Assembly: GCA_963693365.1 (NCBI GenBank)
Contig: CAVNZM010000016.1
Location: 4,456,649-4,520,648 of the forward strand
Reading direction: 5' to 3'
Length of the DNA stretch: 64,000 nucleotides
DNA from: Amoebidium appalachense
Lineage: Eukaryota > Protista > Ichthyosporea
Shown here: positions 63,377 to 64,000 of the stretch, piece by piece
Layout: the number at the start of each line of letters is the position of its first letter
How positions within the stretch are numbered: the first letter of the stretch is position 1
Position numbers and translations under genes: made by a program
The notes under the pieces: generated by a model
Told to the model about the DNA's origin: nothing
Seen by the model: only the letters and a program-made list of their open reading frames with translations
Database searches by the model: none

Positions 63377-63397
63377 GTGCCTGGGCCCTGGGGATCT

Positions 63398-63924
63398 TTG
63401 GGATATTCGGGTTGGTTGTAAGGTTTTCCGGGTCGGGCCGAAGGCCCTAACGGGCCGCAGGCCCGCCTATTGGGCCGCCAGGCCCGGGCCCCGGGGACCG
63501 GGGGCCCGGCCCGGCCCGCGAGCCACCCCAGGCCCGGCCCGGCCCCCCGGGGCCCCGGGTGGGGTTAGCAGTGAGGTCGGGCCGAAGGCCCTAACGGGCC
63601 GCAGGCCCGCCTATTGGGCCGCCAGGCCCTAGGCCGCCAGGCCCGGGGCCCCGGGGACCGGGGGCCCGGCCCGGCCCGCGAGCCACCCCAGGCCCGGCCC
63701 GGCCCCCCGGGGCCCCGGGTGGGGTTAGCAGTCACTGCTAACCCCACCCGGGGCCCCGGGGGGCCGGGCCGGGCCTGGGGTGGCTCGCGGGCCGGGCCGG
63801 GCCCCCGGTCCCCGGGGCCCCGGGCCTGGCGGCCTAGGGCCTGGCGGCCCAATAGGCGGGCCTGCGGCCCGTTAGGGCCTTCGGCCCGACCCGGAAAACC
63901 TTACAACCAACCCGAATATCCCAA
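63398..63924. repeat. GC-rich foldback: perfect 158-bp-arm palindrome centred on 63733, with an extra tandem copy of one arm
   Basis: 63575-63732 is the exact reverse complement of 63734-63891 (the ORF track gives the same peptide on both strands); 63431-63573 is a slightly shorter direct copy of the left arm; 63398-63430 pairs with 63892-63924. Confidence 0.95.
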
Positions 63925-64000
63925 TATTGCTTCATTCTGATTGGTTGTCACACCACGGGGTTTCCCGATTGTTCTTCGAATGACATTTGCTATCACTATC

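Noticed and set aside
63561-63745. Telomeric repeat (GGGTTAG motifs)
   Set aside because: Only isolated single units within the palindrome, no TTAGGG array.

Overview
Intron-dense eukaryotic genomic DNA whose introns are packed with poly-G/poly-C, (CA)n/(GT)n and (CT)n tracts, so most ORFs in the supplied track are repeat noise; homopolymer lengths may carry assembly error. Four spliced genes could be rebuilt by hand with GT-AG boundaries and almost entirely consistent phases: a YccU-type CoA-binding protein (-, 3 exons), a ~26-exon, ~1,060-aa C2/coiled-coil/polyproline protein ending in a WASH/WH2-like helix (+), a UBE2E-type ubiquitin-conjugating enzyme (-, 5 exons) and REV7/MAD2L2 (+, 8 exons), the last two head-to-head. 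DNA transposons with visible ends: a Tc1/pogo-type element (TA target, 6778-8413) holding an orphan exon, a Kolobok-type MITE (TTAA, 12115-12659) and an internally deleted, intron-containing THAP/P element (36-bp TIRs, 8-bp TSD, 59789-63376). The right quarter holds two intronless paralogs of an unknown protein (one open, one frameshifted) and ends in a GC-rich perfect palindrome that reads like a tail-to-head junction of CACTG-ended elements. The most unusual signals are (1) repeated tandem duplication of splice junctions themselves in three genes, including minisatellites whose unit is a whole 3' splice site and a candidate newborn 27-nt micro-exon, (2) a small intron-restricted repeat family whose clear copies all lie sense to the host gene and end in poly(C), and (3) acceptors where (CA)n replaces the polypyrimidine tract.
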